This document shows positions 35,436 to 44,779 of a stretch of 64,000 bases of DNA, in pieces. Location: NCBI GenBank assembly GCA_045616365.1, contig JAZLGP010000055.1, positions 450-64,449 of the forward strand, read 5' to 3'. Numbering within the stretch: position 1 is the stretch's first letter; the number at the start of each line of letters is the position of its first letter. The DNA comes from Alphaproteobacteria bacterium. GTDB taxonomy: Bacteria; Pseudomonadota; Alphaproteobacteria; UBA3830. The notes beneath the pieces were generated by a model. It saw only the letters and a list, made by a program, of their open reading frames with translations. It was not told the DNA's origin and did no database searches. A program made the position numbers and the translations under genes.

Positions 35436-36551
35436 TTAATCTAATTTTGCATTTTTCCGACTCTTCTCTAAAAATATGCCCATTCCAAACAAAATCATTC
35501 CTCCAACAACAAAAAATGCTGAGTTTCCTAAACGACTCCATCCCCAATGACAATAGTTGAGAATTAAGTATATCATGGTACAAGTATTCATTATCCCAAT
35601 TAAGGACTGATTTCTTTCCTTATATCCCCTTTTAAACCCCATCCCAAGAATTGCAATCATCAACGCATTTGCAACACAAACTGTAACAATTGCAGCAGAA
35701 ATCTTCGAAAAAGCTGACATGCATATGACTACTAATAAAACAAAGCTTAGTAGTAACCTTTCTCTTTTTTCGAAAACCTCTAACTGTTTGTTGCACAAAT
35801 ACAAATTGCAGCATGCTAGGAATATTAGAGGAACGTATACAAAAGTGATTACTGAACAAGATTTATATTCAAATACAGACATCAACAACAGTGCTAAAAA
35901 TATCAAAGCAAAACCACTCGCACTGTAATCTGTAAAAAATTCTTCATGTCTTTTTGAAATACCGCTTATTGTATACAAAAATGATCCGCTAAGTATTGGA
36001 CAAATAAAGCATAGATTATAGTTGTTCTTCACCCCATAAAGCATACATACTTGGACACATCCCCACAGAAACACCAATATGCTCAATCTATTTACAGCTA
36101 TATTCTGAAACTTGTAAGCTATTGGCAAAATAGAAACTAACCACAAAAGTGTCATAATGTCGTAGTGACCTATGTGATATACCTCCCATATCTGAAAATA
36201 ACTTATCCCAAATAACATAGATGATAAAAATATCAAAGAGCGTCCCAATCTCGGAAAACTACCCTTTTCATAAAAAGAAATACCACCAATTAACGAGAAC
36301 ATACTTATACAAAACAAAGAAATTATTCTAACATTAGGTCTTCGACTGAAGAGTTTCAAAATCCAATCGTTTGCTGAAATAAAAAAGAAAATTCCGATTC
36401 CCACGCAAACTGTAGCTAATGTATATATAAATATATTAAACCTTTTTTTGAGAACTCGAATTTTTTCGGATTCTATATCTTTCATTAATTCTTTAGAAGT
36501 TTCAGAATCAATCAACCCATGTTGAAGCCATCTTTCGACATATTTTTCCAT
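35436..36551 (-). CDS. polytopic membrane protein (DUF2157-like)
   Basis: A soluble N-terminal ~30 aa (MEKYVERWLQHGLIDSETSKELMKDIE) is followed by ~10 hydrophobic helices. The family assignment is tentative. Confidence 0.55.
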   Translation of the reverse strand: MEKYVERWLQHGLIDSETSKELMKDIESEKIRVLKKRFNIFIYTLATVCVGIGIFFFISANDWILKLFSRRPNVRIISLFCISMFSLIGGISFYEKGSFPRLGRSLIFLSSMLFGISYFQIWEVYHIGHYDIMTLLWLVSILPIAYKFQNIAVNRLSILVFLWGCVQVCMLYGVKNNYNLCFICPILSGSFLYTISGISKRHEEFFTDYSASGFALIFLALLLMSVFEYKSCSVITFVYVPLIFLACCNLYLCNKQLEVFEKRERLLLSFVLLVVICMSAFSKISAAIVTVCVANALMIAILGMGFKRGYKERNQSLIGIMNTCTMIYLILNYCHWGWSRLGNSAFFVVGGMILFGMGIFLEKSRKNAKLD

Positions 36552-36578
36552 AAATTCACCTCCATGAAATCATAAAAC

Positions 36579-38081
36579 TCATGCTATTCTTCGATATTCC
36601 AATGCCTCCGCTATATGATTTTCACTAATAGAATCTTCCGCAGATATATCGGCCAAAGTTCGAGCTAACTTTATTACTCGGTAAAATCCACGAGCAGAAA
36701 TCTTTGATTTATCAACAAAGGAATATAACAAATTACGCCCTCTATCCGATAGATATTTTTCCAATTCCGTACCTTCGATCGCAGAATTGGTTTTACTCCT
36801 TCCGTAACGACGATATTGAATTTCCCTTGCTTGAATTACCCTCTGCCTAATCGCATCACTAGATTCCAACTGGCTCTTATCTTGGAGAAAATCTTGAATT
36901 TTCACTTCAGGTACATCTATATAAATATCGATACGATCAAGCAACGGACCGGAAATCTTTCTTAGATATTCGTTTCCACATTTAGGAGCACGAGAACATT
37001 CCTTTCCAGCTACTCCCAAATATCCGCATCGACAGGGATTCATTGCTGATATCAACTGAATTTTCGCGGGATAAGTCACATGATTGTTAGCACGAGCAAT
37101 AGTAATCTCTCCGGATTCCAACGGCTGCCGCAATGATTCCAATACAGAACGTGAAAACTCCGGCAACTCATCAAAAAACAATATTCCATTATGGGCTAAA
37201 GAAATTTCACCAGGGCGAGCATTATTCCCTCCTCCGACTATGGCCGCCAATGAAGCTGAATGGTGGGGAGATCTGAAAGGTCTTCGCAAAATTAAGCCAT
37301 TTTCATTCATTTTTCCAGCCAGACTATGAATCGTAGTAACCTCCAAGGCTTCTTCTGCAGTCATCGGAGGAAGAATTCCGACAATTCTGGATGCCATCAT
37401 AGACTTTCCCACTCCGGGAGGTCCCAGCATTAACAAATTATGACCACCGACCGCAGCAACTTCCATCGCCCTCTTTGCAACAAATTGTCCTTTTATTTCA
37501 CTGAAACATCCACACGTAGAAACAGTCAGATCTTTAACTTTACTTTTATCAGGAACAGGCTTCGGTAAAAATTGCACTCCCTTAAAATGATTCACTAATG
37601 ATATTAAATTTTTAGGAGCTAAAACCAAACCATCATTAACCCAAACTGCTTCTTGAGAAGAAACTTCCGGACAAATAAATACTCGATTATTGTTCTTTGC
37701 ATAAACGGAAGCTGGAAGTACTCCTAAAACCCGCGCGATATCTCCTGTAAGAGACAACTCTCCCATTGCAATTACATTAGAAATATCTTCTTGAGAAATA
37801 AATCCCATAGCGGAAAGCAATGCCAATGCAATAGGTAAATCGTAATGACTTCCCTCTTTTTGAACATCAGCAGGCGCAAGGTTCACTGTTATTCTCTTCG
37901 GCGGAAAAGAAATCCCCATAGAAAATAAACTAGCACGAATTCTCTCTCGCGATTCAGCAACAGCCTTATCAGGAAGCCCAACTATAGTAAAGGATGGCAA
38001 TCCGTTCAGAATTTGAACTTGAACATCAACCTCTTCTACGGAAACGCCAAAAAATGAAATTGTCCTAACACGAGCGTGCAA
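36579..38081 (-). CDS. comM: YifB/ComM-family Mg-chelatase-like AAA+ ATPase
   Basis: Has Walker A LMLGPPGVGKSM, Walker B ILFFDELPEF and the ChlI-like C-terminus. It has a TTG start. Confidence 0.9.
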   Translation of the reverse strand: MHARVRTISFFGVSVEEVDVQVQILNGLPSFTIVGLPDKAVAESRERIRASLFSMGISFPPKRITVNLAPADVQKEGSHYDLPIALALLSAMGFISQEDISNVIAMGELSLTGDIARVLGVLPASVYAKNNNRVFICPEVSSQEAVWVNDGLVLAPKNLISLVNHFKGVQFLPKPVPDKSKVKDLTVSTCGCFSEIKGQFVAKRAMEVAAVGGHNLLMLGPPGVGKSMMASRIVGILPPMTAEEALEVTTIHSLAGKMNENGLILRRPFRSPHHSASLAAIVGGGNNARPGEISLAHNGILFFDELPEFSRSVLESLRQPLESGEITIARANNHVTYPAKIQLISAMNPCRCGYLGVAGKECSRAPKCGNEYLRKISGPLLDRIDIYIDVPEVKIQDFLQDKSQLESSDAIRQRVIQAREIQYRRYGRSKTNSAIEGTELEKYLSDRGRNLLYSFVDKSKISARGFYRVIKLARTLADISAEDSISENHIAEALEYRRIA

Positions 38082-38086
38082 AATAA

Positions 38087-38680
38087 TCAGTCCTCAACTT
38101 CTGGTTTCGCAATTTTTATATATGACACGACCTTTTCTACTCCAGATGTAGTACGGGCAATGTTCAACACAACGTCACGTTCATAAGCCGTCATTGCTGT
38201 TCCACAAATATAAACAATTCCATTAACTGTCGTCGTATCATAGTTTAGCGAAGCCACGTTTCCGTTGCCCTTCATACTTGCTTCAATACGAGCAGTAATC
38301 CCCGAGTCAATAGCAAAAGTTCCTACCTGGGCTTGAGGTTCAACCCTTGCCTCATAATAAACATCTTCAACTTTTACGGTTTCAATAATTTCTTTAACTC
38401 TCTCACACTGAGATTCATCATCAAAACTTCCAATAACAACAACTATTCCGTGCTTAACCGCTAACTCTACCCTATCGCACAAATCTTTATCTTTGTTAAG
38501 CAAAGTAAAACGTATTTTTTCCTTTAAGTATTTATCTGAAATCTGACCCGTAATTCCTTCTTTATCTCGAACTGTAACTGTGCCAGCCACAACAGTACCC
38601 CCAACTAGCCAAGTTACTGGATCACACGCTGTCAACAATAAAACTGACCCGATCAAAGAAAAACTCACCACTCTTCGCAT
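38087..38680 (-). CDS. dual-BON-domain lipoprotein (DolP/OsmY-like)
   Basis: Has the lipobox LLLTAC and two BON-like repeats (VELAVKHGIVVVIGSF... and YDTTTVNGIVYICGTA...). Confidence 0.78.
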   Translation of the reverse strand: MRRVVSFSLIGSVLLLTACDPVTWLVGGTVVAGTVTVRDKEGITGQISDKYLKEKIRFTLLNKDKDLCDRVELAVKHGIVVVIGSFDDESQCERVKEIIETVKVEDVYYEARVEPQAQVGTFAIDSGITARIEASMKGNGNVASLNYDTTTVNGIVYICGTAMTAYERDVVLNIARTTSGVEKVVSYIKIAKPEVED

Positions 38681-38758
38681 AAAACCCTCCTAAAATTCCA
38701 GTACACTTTAGCATTTTCCAATAACTGTTCCAATAAATTCATAAAACAAATCAGACAA

Positions 38759-39832
38759 TTATTTCTCAAAATCTTTCATCTCTGGATCTTTCTTATAAAA
38801 AATCCGATACAACTCAGAAATTGTATTTAAAACAGAAACACCGCTTTGCATATTTAATTCCAACAATTCCTGAAAACTTTTTTTTCCTATCTTGCTGGCA
38901 ACTCGAAGTAATGTAGAAGATGGACTCTGAGGCTGCTTTTTTTCCAAAAACTCAGCTATCTCATCCATCGCAACATACGCCTGATTAATTGTCGGTTCAT
39001 TTTGTTGTGCTGCTTTATCACCTTCCAGTGTCATTTCCGCATCAACATTCGGTTGCGCGGTTTGTTTTGCTTCTTGAACTTTCTTCGTTTGAGCCTGTTG
39101 CTTTTCTTTTAACTCAATATTTTTTGAAGTAATTCTCTTAATATCCTCCAAATAATCCAACAACTGATGAAATCCTGGTGAATCTTGAGGACATTTTTCA
39201 TTCAGAAAAGTTTTCAAATCGTTTACAAGAGCAATTGATTCATTAACTCGATCCAAAATATTTTTAAAAGTTGCAATCGATGTAATCGCGACTTGCTTAC
39301 TGATGGATTTTAACGAAATTCCGTTAAGATTTTTTATTTGCAAATTACGACGAGCTTCCATCCAATCGGCAAGAGAATAAATTAGAGCATCATCCATGTC
39401 AGTAAGAGGAATCAAAACTATTCTTTCAGAAATCTTATCGGATAAGAAAAAAAACGGAGCTAACCTATAACTGTAACTATGATTTTCCCAATCTATTGCA
39501 GGATAAATTTCATCCCAAAATTTTTCACTCAGACCTTTTACTAACCTCAACCCGTCGATAAATCCGTCAAACTGTCTTTCAATAATCCATGATTCCATCA
39601 ACCACATTGCAATTTGCAAATCTTTTGTCTTTGTCTTCAGAAGATCACAGCCAATCTTGTTAAGTTCCGGCCAATTTGCGCGCTTTGGTTCGGTCTGCCA
39701 AACTCCCTGGGATAATCGAATATCATCCTCTCTACGAAGTTCCCTTAGTTCATCATAGATGTTGTCATAACAAAGATATTCTCCGCAATTGCTTTCTGCT
39801 GAAATCGGATTTAATAAACTTTCTATATCCAT
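38759..39832 (-). CDS. tssA: type VI secretion system protein TssA (ImpA N-terminal domain family)
   Basis: LLNPISAESNCGEYLCYDNIYDELRELRREDD...GVWQTEPKRANWPELNKIGCDLLKTKTKDLQIAMWLMESW matches the ImpA_N pattern. It lies immediately downstream of tssM. Confidence 0.85.
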   Translation of the reverse strand: MDIESLLNPISAESNCGEYLCYDNIYDELRELRREDDIRLSQGVWQTEPKRANWPELNKIGCDLLKTKTKDLQIAMWLMESWIIERQFDGFIDGLRLVKGLSEKFWDEIYPAIDWENHSYSYRLAPFFFLSDKISERIVLIPLTDMDDALIYSLADWMEARRNLQIKNLNGISLKSISKQVAITSIATFKNILDRVNESIALVNDLKTFLNEKCPQDSPGFHQLLDYLEDIKRITSKNIELKEKQQAQTKKVQEAKQTAQPNVDAEMTLEGDKAAQQNEPTINQAYVAMDEIAEFLEKKQPQSPSSTLLRVASKIGKKSFQELLELNMQSGVSVLNTISELYRIFYKKDPEMKDFEK

Positions 39833-39847
39833 CTACTTTTCCTCTTC

Positions 39848-42800
39848 TTAATCATCAAAAGATACATCCACATCCAAAGCTGATACCTTAGATTTCTCTT
39901 TGTTTGTATCCGAAGTTAATTCTGAATTTGATGATAATTTTACATCATATAGACCAGGACAACTCTTTGGGAACAACGGCCAAGCCATTGGCGTTAACTT
40001 ATCCCCATTTCTCAACATTGGAGTAATTTTGTAAACCATCTTGGCATTGTCTACACCCGCACTTTCCCTTGTAGAAGCCAACGGTACTTCAAATTGCAAA
40101 ACTATTCCATTCGGATACTCTACTCCTTGACTGATTTTATGCTTTTCAATCAAACGGAACAAAGCCCATTTACCTGTGTAGGTAAAAGCGGCAAGATTTT
40201 CTTCAATACTAAGATTCCCTGAAGCCTTATCAATATCAGGTTTTTCATTTGCAGAAGCAACCCATCCGAAAGCAACCATAACTTCATTTCCGTTAAAAAA
40301 TACACCATTAGAACTATCAGAAACAGGAATACCATTGATTGAAAACGCCCTGTCTATCACCGCAGAAGTCATATCTTCCATATTTGGGAAAGGTCGCAGT
40401 AATACGTTAAAACAAATCGGACAAGTTTTTGGATCAGAACTTTTAGTGTGATCAACCCAAGTTTTTAAAAATGGCAATGCTTTGTTAGTAACTTTTATAA
40501 ACTCGAACACTTGAGCATTAATTTGTTTTTGCTCTCTGTTTTTCTCTAAAATGCTAAGGGCGGATGAATCCAATAAATCATAAGTCTCAACAAATTCAGT
40601 AAGATCTTCAATTAATACATCTTCATTTGAATCTCCGAACGGGAATTTGTTGGCCAATTTTTGGTTAAATATCAGATTAATTTTATTATATAATGCAGCA
40701 ACTTTATCATATTGAACAACGTCAACGCGATTCATAAGAGACTTCGCAACAATAGAGCGTTTTGATAAGAAATAATCCGAATCATTTTGAGAAATTGTCT
40801 TTATTTCGCCCCGTATATCAAAATTATCAAGCGAAACCTTAGAAAGATTTTCTGTAATGAAGCTTTCTAACGCAGCAATCGAATTTCCCGGTTTATTGCT
40901 CTCATAATCATCGACATTGCTGATAATTTCTCGCCATTTTTTAATTAACCGCTTATCACGAATTTTCTCGAAAATATTAGGTATAATCAGTAAATCGACA
41001 ACTGGCTCAGCAAGATCTTTCGCTAAAAATCTAATACGATCAAACTGCGCACTCAAATATTGTTTAACATGCTCCTGACTATCCATTTTCATAAATCTAG
41101 GATTACCTCGGCCATTCCAATCATCGAACAACGCGGAATTTGTAGAATATGGTTTTTCAAAATTAAATAAAGCATCTATTTTTTCAAGCAATCCAACATA
41201 TTGATTAATTATTAAATTCGAAAAACCAAAATCTTCGAAATTTTCTTCAGAAATAAGCTCATCTAAGATTTTTACTATTTTCGGAAGAGAGATCGAAGCA
41301 TTTCTGACATTAAGCGCCTGCTTTTTATACGAATTTTCGAACAAAGCCCGAGAATTTCCTAATGGAATATCTTCTAAAATTTGAGCATTCCCGATCATCG
41401 CCTTGATAGTTGGATAAAAACACTTTTTCGCAATAGTCTTATAAATATCAAAATATTCTGACCTCATTTCATCAGGAACTGTTTCAGAAAATCCGTTATA
41501 TTTATCAATTAAATCACAAAGTTCTTTTATCCTCTTGATATCCCAAATCAACATTTTATCCGATGGAAGTTCTCGTAAAAAATGACCAAAAGGAACTAGA
41601 CAAACAAAAGGAAGATCTAACAAAGATTTTAGTTCTCCTTTTACTTGAAAAAATCCCGTGGACGGATTTTGATTGTCTAAAATCTTTCCCGACAGTTTAG
41701 ATTTATACTCGCCCAACGCGCTCTTATATTTGTTAAAAGCAACATCAGCAAAATGCATCAATTCACGCAAGCAATCTGAACTAACAATTTCCGTAGACTG
41801 TAACTCATCCAAAATTTTTCGATATTCAGGAACTGGACAAAAACTACTTTCTTTTATCCAAGCAAAGTTTTTATTTTTAAAAATATCTTCAACCAATTCT
41901 AGCTTATTATAAAGTTTCGCTAAATCCTGAACACCGTATTTTACCTTTGAATTCTGACCAGCTACATACAAACGATCTATATCATTTGAAACATTGTGCA
42001 AAACTTTTTCTACAGTCGCATCCAAAGTATCTTTTACAAAATTATCAAATATATTTTTCAGACTGTGTTCAATATTCGATTGAAAATCTGCAAGATTAAA
42101 TTTTGGAGGCATGATCTTCTTGTTAGGAACGTGCTTTCTCATCTCATCAGTAATTTCGAACTTATCTTTAAAAAGAGCCTCTGTTACATTTACAACATTA
42201 TTGCTATTTTCAAGATTTCTCATTGAATTGTATTCTGAACTAATTTTTTGCAAATTTCTAATCTTAGAAGCAAACCCGGATAACTCTTTAAAACTTTCAA
42301 AATTTAATACATCAAAAATATCTTGTTTGCTGTTTAATGCCTTTTTAGACGTTATTTTTGAACCAAGTAAAATATTTTTTGTATTGAAATTTAAGTCAAT
42401 ATACATAGCTTTCACAACCACAGAATCAAATACTAGTTCCGTTGTCGCCCTTATGGAATTTCCAAGACCAAATACCCAAGATTGAGGAACAAACACTGAA
42501 AAAAAATCACCCATTTTAACTACAGGCATAGTTTGTAACAAAGTCGACGCCTGATTATTTATCAAAATTTGATCTTCAGAGTTTTTTACATTCTCTTCTA
42601 GGTATTTTATCTGTAATAAATTCTTCTTTATCGAAGACATTGTTTGATAATAACTTTGAATATTCGATCTGATATTTCCGTTACCCCAAATCCATCCTAC
42701 GGAAAAAATCAATGCAGATCCTGCAAATATAATTTTATTGCGATACTCTTTTTTAGTCATCCCTCCTGCATCTTTGATTATCGGGTGAGCAATATTAAAT

Positions 42801-44050
42801 TCTTTAAAAATTTTATCCTTAAAAAGATCTTGCACGAAATATAAATCGTCCGTATGCAAATGATTAAGGCTGGCATCAATATTAACCCCTGGAGTCAAAG
42901 CCGATACTTGAACAAACCCACTCGGAGAAATTTCCAGTTCCCTCTGACGTCCAACAAAATAAACTCCTCTCAGGATCATTCCATCTGTAGGGCTATGAGT
43001 TCGAAACATCGTAAGCAAATATTCCGACAAAGTAGGTTTAATTTTCTCAAAGTAAGCTCCGAATAACATAGCTTTTTCGAGATTTTCATCGATATTCCTC
43101 TTTCGAGCAAAATAAAATCCAGCTTTTCTGATCCCATCGTCTATAGAACTAAAAATTTCATTAATCCAATCAGGAGAAAAAGCTATATCCAGAGAATACG
43201 GACAAGACCACCCGAAAATTTGTTGCTTCGTATTTTCCTTCAACAAATGAACGAATTCTTGAAACCCAAAGATTTTATCTGATTTAGTTACAATGAAATA
43301 TATAGGAAGTTTAAAATTAACATCACGTTGAAACTTAAACACCCTATCAAACATCTCACGAGCATGCTTTTCAACGTTAATTGCCCTTGAAATAAAAAAA
43401 TCTGCTGGAATTGTAATAATAATTCCGTCAAGAGGACGACGTGGCCTGATAAAAACAAACAATTCGCTGATAAACAACCAAAATTTCGATTTATCTTTTA
43501 CTGCATCAACATCTGGAAATTCAAATATTGCCCCCTCTTTAAATAATTTCCATAGCGAATCTTCATCCGATTTGTTAGCGCTGAGATGTTCAAAATTAAG
43601 ATTATCCAGAAGAGTCGTTTTTCCACTGCCTTTAGGTCCTATAATCATAAAGCATGGAAGTTTATATCTCCATTTCAAATCATATGTACTGCTCCGTATA
43701 ACTTCTAATGCCTTGAAAAAAGCTTTAGTTATAGGACCGACTTTCAAAACTCCACAAAGACTGAGCATCTCCCCTATTCTACCGGCAACAGGAGGCAACT
43801 CTTCATCCGATATCCGATTTTTCTCAATTGGTTTTTCTTCTTTATCTTTAGATTTCTTCATCAAATCGTCTCTCGTTAACGGAGAAACAATTTTTGGTTT
43901 TGGCGGAGAATTAATATAAGCTACACACAAAATGAAAACTATGATTATTAATATGATCGAAAGCAAAATCAAACCAAAAGATACCGAAGGTATCAATTCT
44001 TTTGGAATTGCAGGTAAAGTATCAGATAGTAAGTTTTTTAAGTCATCCAT
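39848..44050 (-). CDS. tssM: type VI secretion system membrane subunit TssM (IcmF family), 1400 aa
   Basis: An N-terminal hydrophobic segment is followed by Walker A FMIIGPKGSGKTTLL, a second TM (IIFAGSALIFSVGWIWG) and a large C-terminal, presumably periplasmic, region. It is flanked by tssL and tssA. Confidence 0.9.
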   Translation of the reverse strand: MDDLKNLLSDTLPAIPKELIPSVSFGLILLSIILIIIVFILCVAYINSPPKPKIVSPLTRDDLMKKSKDKEEKPIEKNRISDEELPPVAGRIGEMLSLCGVLKVGPITKAFFKALEVIRSSTYDLKWRYKLPCFMIIGPKGSGKTTLLDNLNFEHLSANKSDEDSLWKLFKEGAIFEFPDVDAVKDKSKFWLFISELFVFIRPRRPLDGIIITIPADFFISRAINVEKHAREMFDRVFKFQRDVNFKLPIYFIVTKSDKIFGFQEFVHLLKENTKQQIFGWSCPYSLDIAFSPDWINEIFSSIDDGIRKAGFYFARKRNIDENLEKAMLFGAYFEKIKPTLSEYLLTMFRTHSPTDGMILRGVYFVGRQRELEISPSGFVQVSALTPGVNIDASLNHLHTDDLYFVQDLFKDKIFKEFNIAHPIIKDAGGMTKKEYRNKIIFAGSALIFSVGWIWGNGNIRSNIQSYYQTMSSIKKNLLQIKYLEENVKNSEDQILINNQASTLLQTMPVVKMGDFFSVFVPQSWVFGLGNSIRATTELVFDSVVVKAMYIDLNFNTKNILLGSKITSKKALNSKQDIFDVLNFESFKELSGFASKIRNLQKISSEYNSMRNLENSNNVVNVTEALFKDKFEITDEMRKHVPNKKIMPPKFNLADFQSNIEHSLKNIFDNFVKDTLDATVEKVLHNVSNDIDRLYVAGQNSKVKYGVQDLAKLYNKLELVEDIFKNKNFAWIKESSFCPVPEYRKILDELQSTEIVSSDCLRELMHFADVAFNKYKSALGEYKSKLSGKILDNQNPSTGFFQVKGELKSLLDLPFVCLVPFGHFLRELPSDKMLIWDIKRIKELCDLIDKYNGFSETVPDEMRSEYFDIYKTIAKKCFYPTIKAMIGNAQILEDIPLGNSRALFENSYKKQALNVRNASISLPKIVKILDELISEENFEDFGFSNLIINQYVGLLEKIDALFNFEKPYSTNSALFDDWNGRGNPRFMKMDSQEHVKQYLSAQFDRIRFLAKDLAEPVVDLLIIPNIFEKIRDKRLIKKWREIISNVDDYESNKPGNSIAALESFITENLSKVSLDNFDIRGEIKTISQNDSDYFLSKRSIVAKSLMNRVDVVQYDKVAALYNKINLIFNQKLANKFPFGDSNEDVLIEDLTEFVETYDLLDSSALSILEKNREQKQINAQVFEFIKVTNKALPFLKTWVDHTKSSDPKTCPICFNVLLRPFPNMEDMTSAVIDRAFSINGIPVSDSSNGVFFNGNEVMVAFGWVASANEKPDIDKASGNLSIEENLAAFTYTGKWALFRLIEKHKISQGVEYPNGIVLQFEVPLASTRESAGVDNAKMVYKITPMLRNGDKLTPMAWPLFPKSCPGLYDVKLSSNSELTSDTNKEKSKVSALDVDVSFDD

Positions 44051-44053
44051 ATT

Positions 44054-44779
44054 TTATGCTCTCAACACTATAGTCGATATCTCCTGCAAAAGTTCATACA
44101 AATCTCGAGTTTCCATCAACCAAACCACAGAACTTATAACCAAAAACATAAAAACAACAAATGCATACATATAATTTACAATTGAAACATCAGGAAGAAA
44201 TTGTCGATTAATTGTCGGTAGAGTATAAATGTAGTCTTTTCCAAACATTCTATTGCTCACCATATTAATAGACTTGTCGTACTTTTCAACAAAATTGAAA
44301 AGAGCCTTTCGATAATCATCTATAGGTTTATCTTTTTCGACATCATCTCTAAATTTTCCTCGAAATCCCAACGAAAGTGATTTCATATAAATTTCTGCGA
44401 TTAGGATCATTTCAACATCATTTTTTTCAATCAATTTTTCTATATTGCTGAAAATTTTTTCTCCAGCTATTTGTGTACCGAAAAAATGTTTTTCGAGCAT
44501 ATTATCTTCCCAATATTTTTTCCCACTCCAAGGAGTATTCAAAAAGATTTCATCAGCAAGAGAAACCATTATATAAACTACTTCCCTCACCTGAAGCTCA
44601 AAATTTATACTTTTCCGCTGATCAAGAATGTTTTTTATCTTTGCAACCAAATTAGCATGAATGTCTTTTGGATCAAGATTCGCAGTATTTTGGATAATTT
44701 GAGTTTTGTACTTGAAAAGTTCCGTACAAAAACTTCCGAACATCAAATCCAGATCTGTGATACTATTCTCTCTCTGCAT
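44054..44779 (-). CDS. tssL: type VI secretion system membrane protein TssL (DotU family), no OmpA-like extension
   Basis: The DotU pattern is VSLADEIFLNTPWSGKKYWEDNMLEKHFFGTQIAGEKIF...LSLGFRGKF, plus a C-terminal TM VNYMYAFVVFMFLVISSVVWLM. I prefer the ATG at 44779, 10 nt after a GGAGGAG Shine-Dalgarno sequence, over the ORF-track TTG at 44809. Confidence 0.85.
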   Translation of the reverse strand: MQRENSITDLDLMFGSFCTELFKYKTQIIQNTANLDPKDIHANLVAKIKNILDQRKSINFELQVREVVYIMVSLADEIFLNTPWSGKKYWEDNMLEKHFFGTQIAGEKIFSNIEKLIEKNDVEMILIAEIYMKSLSLGFRGKFRDDVEKDKPIDDYRKALFNFVEKYDKSINMVSNRMFGKDYIYTLPTINRQFLPDVSIVNYMYAFVVFMFLVISSVVWLMETRDLYELLQEISTIVLRA

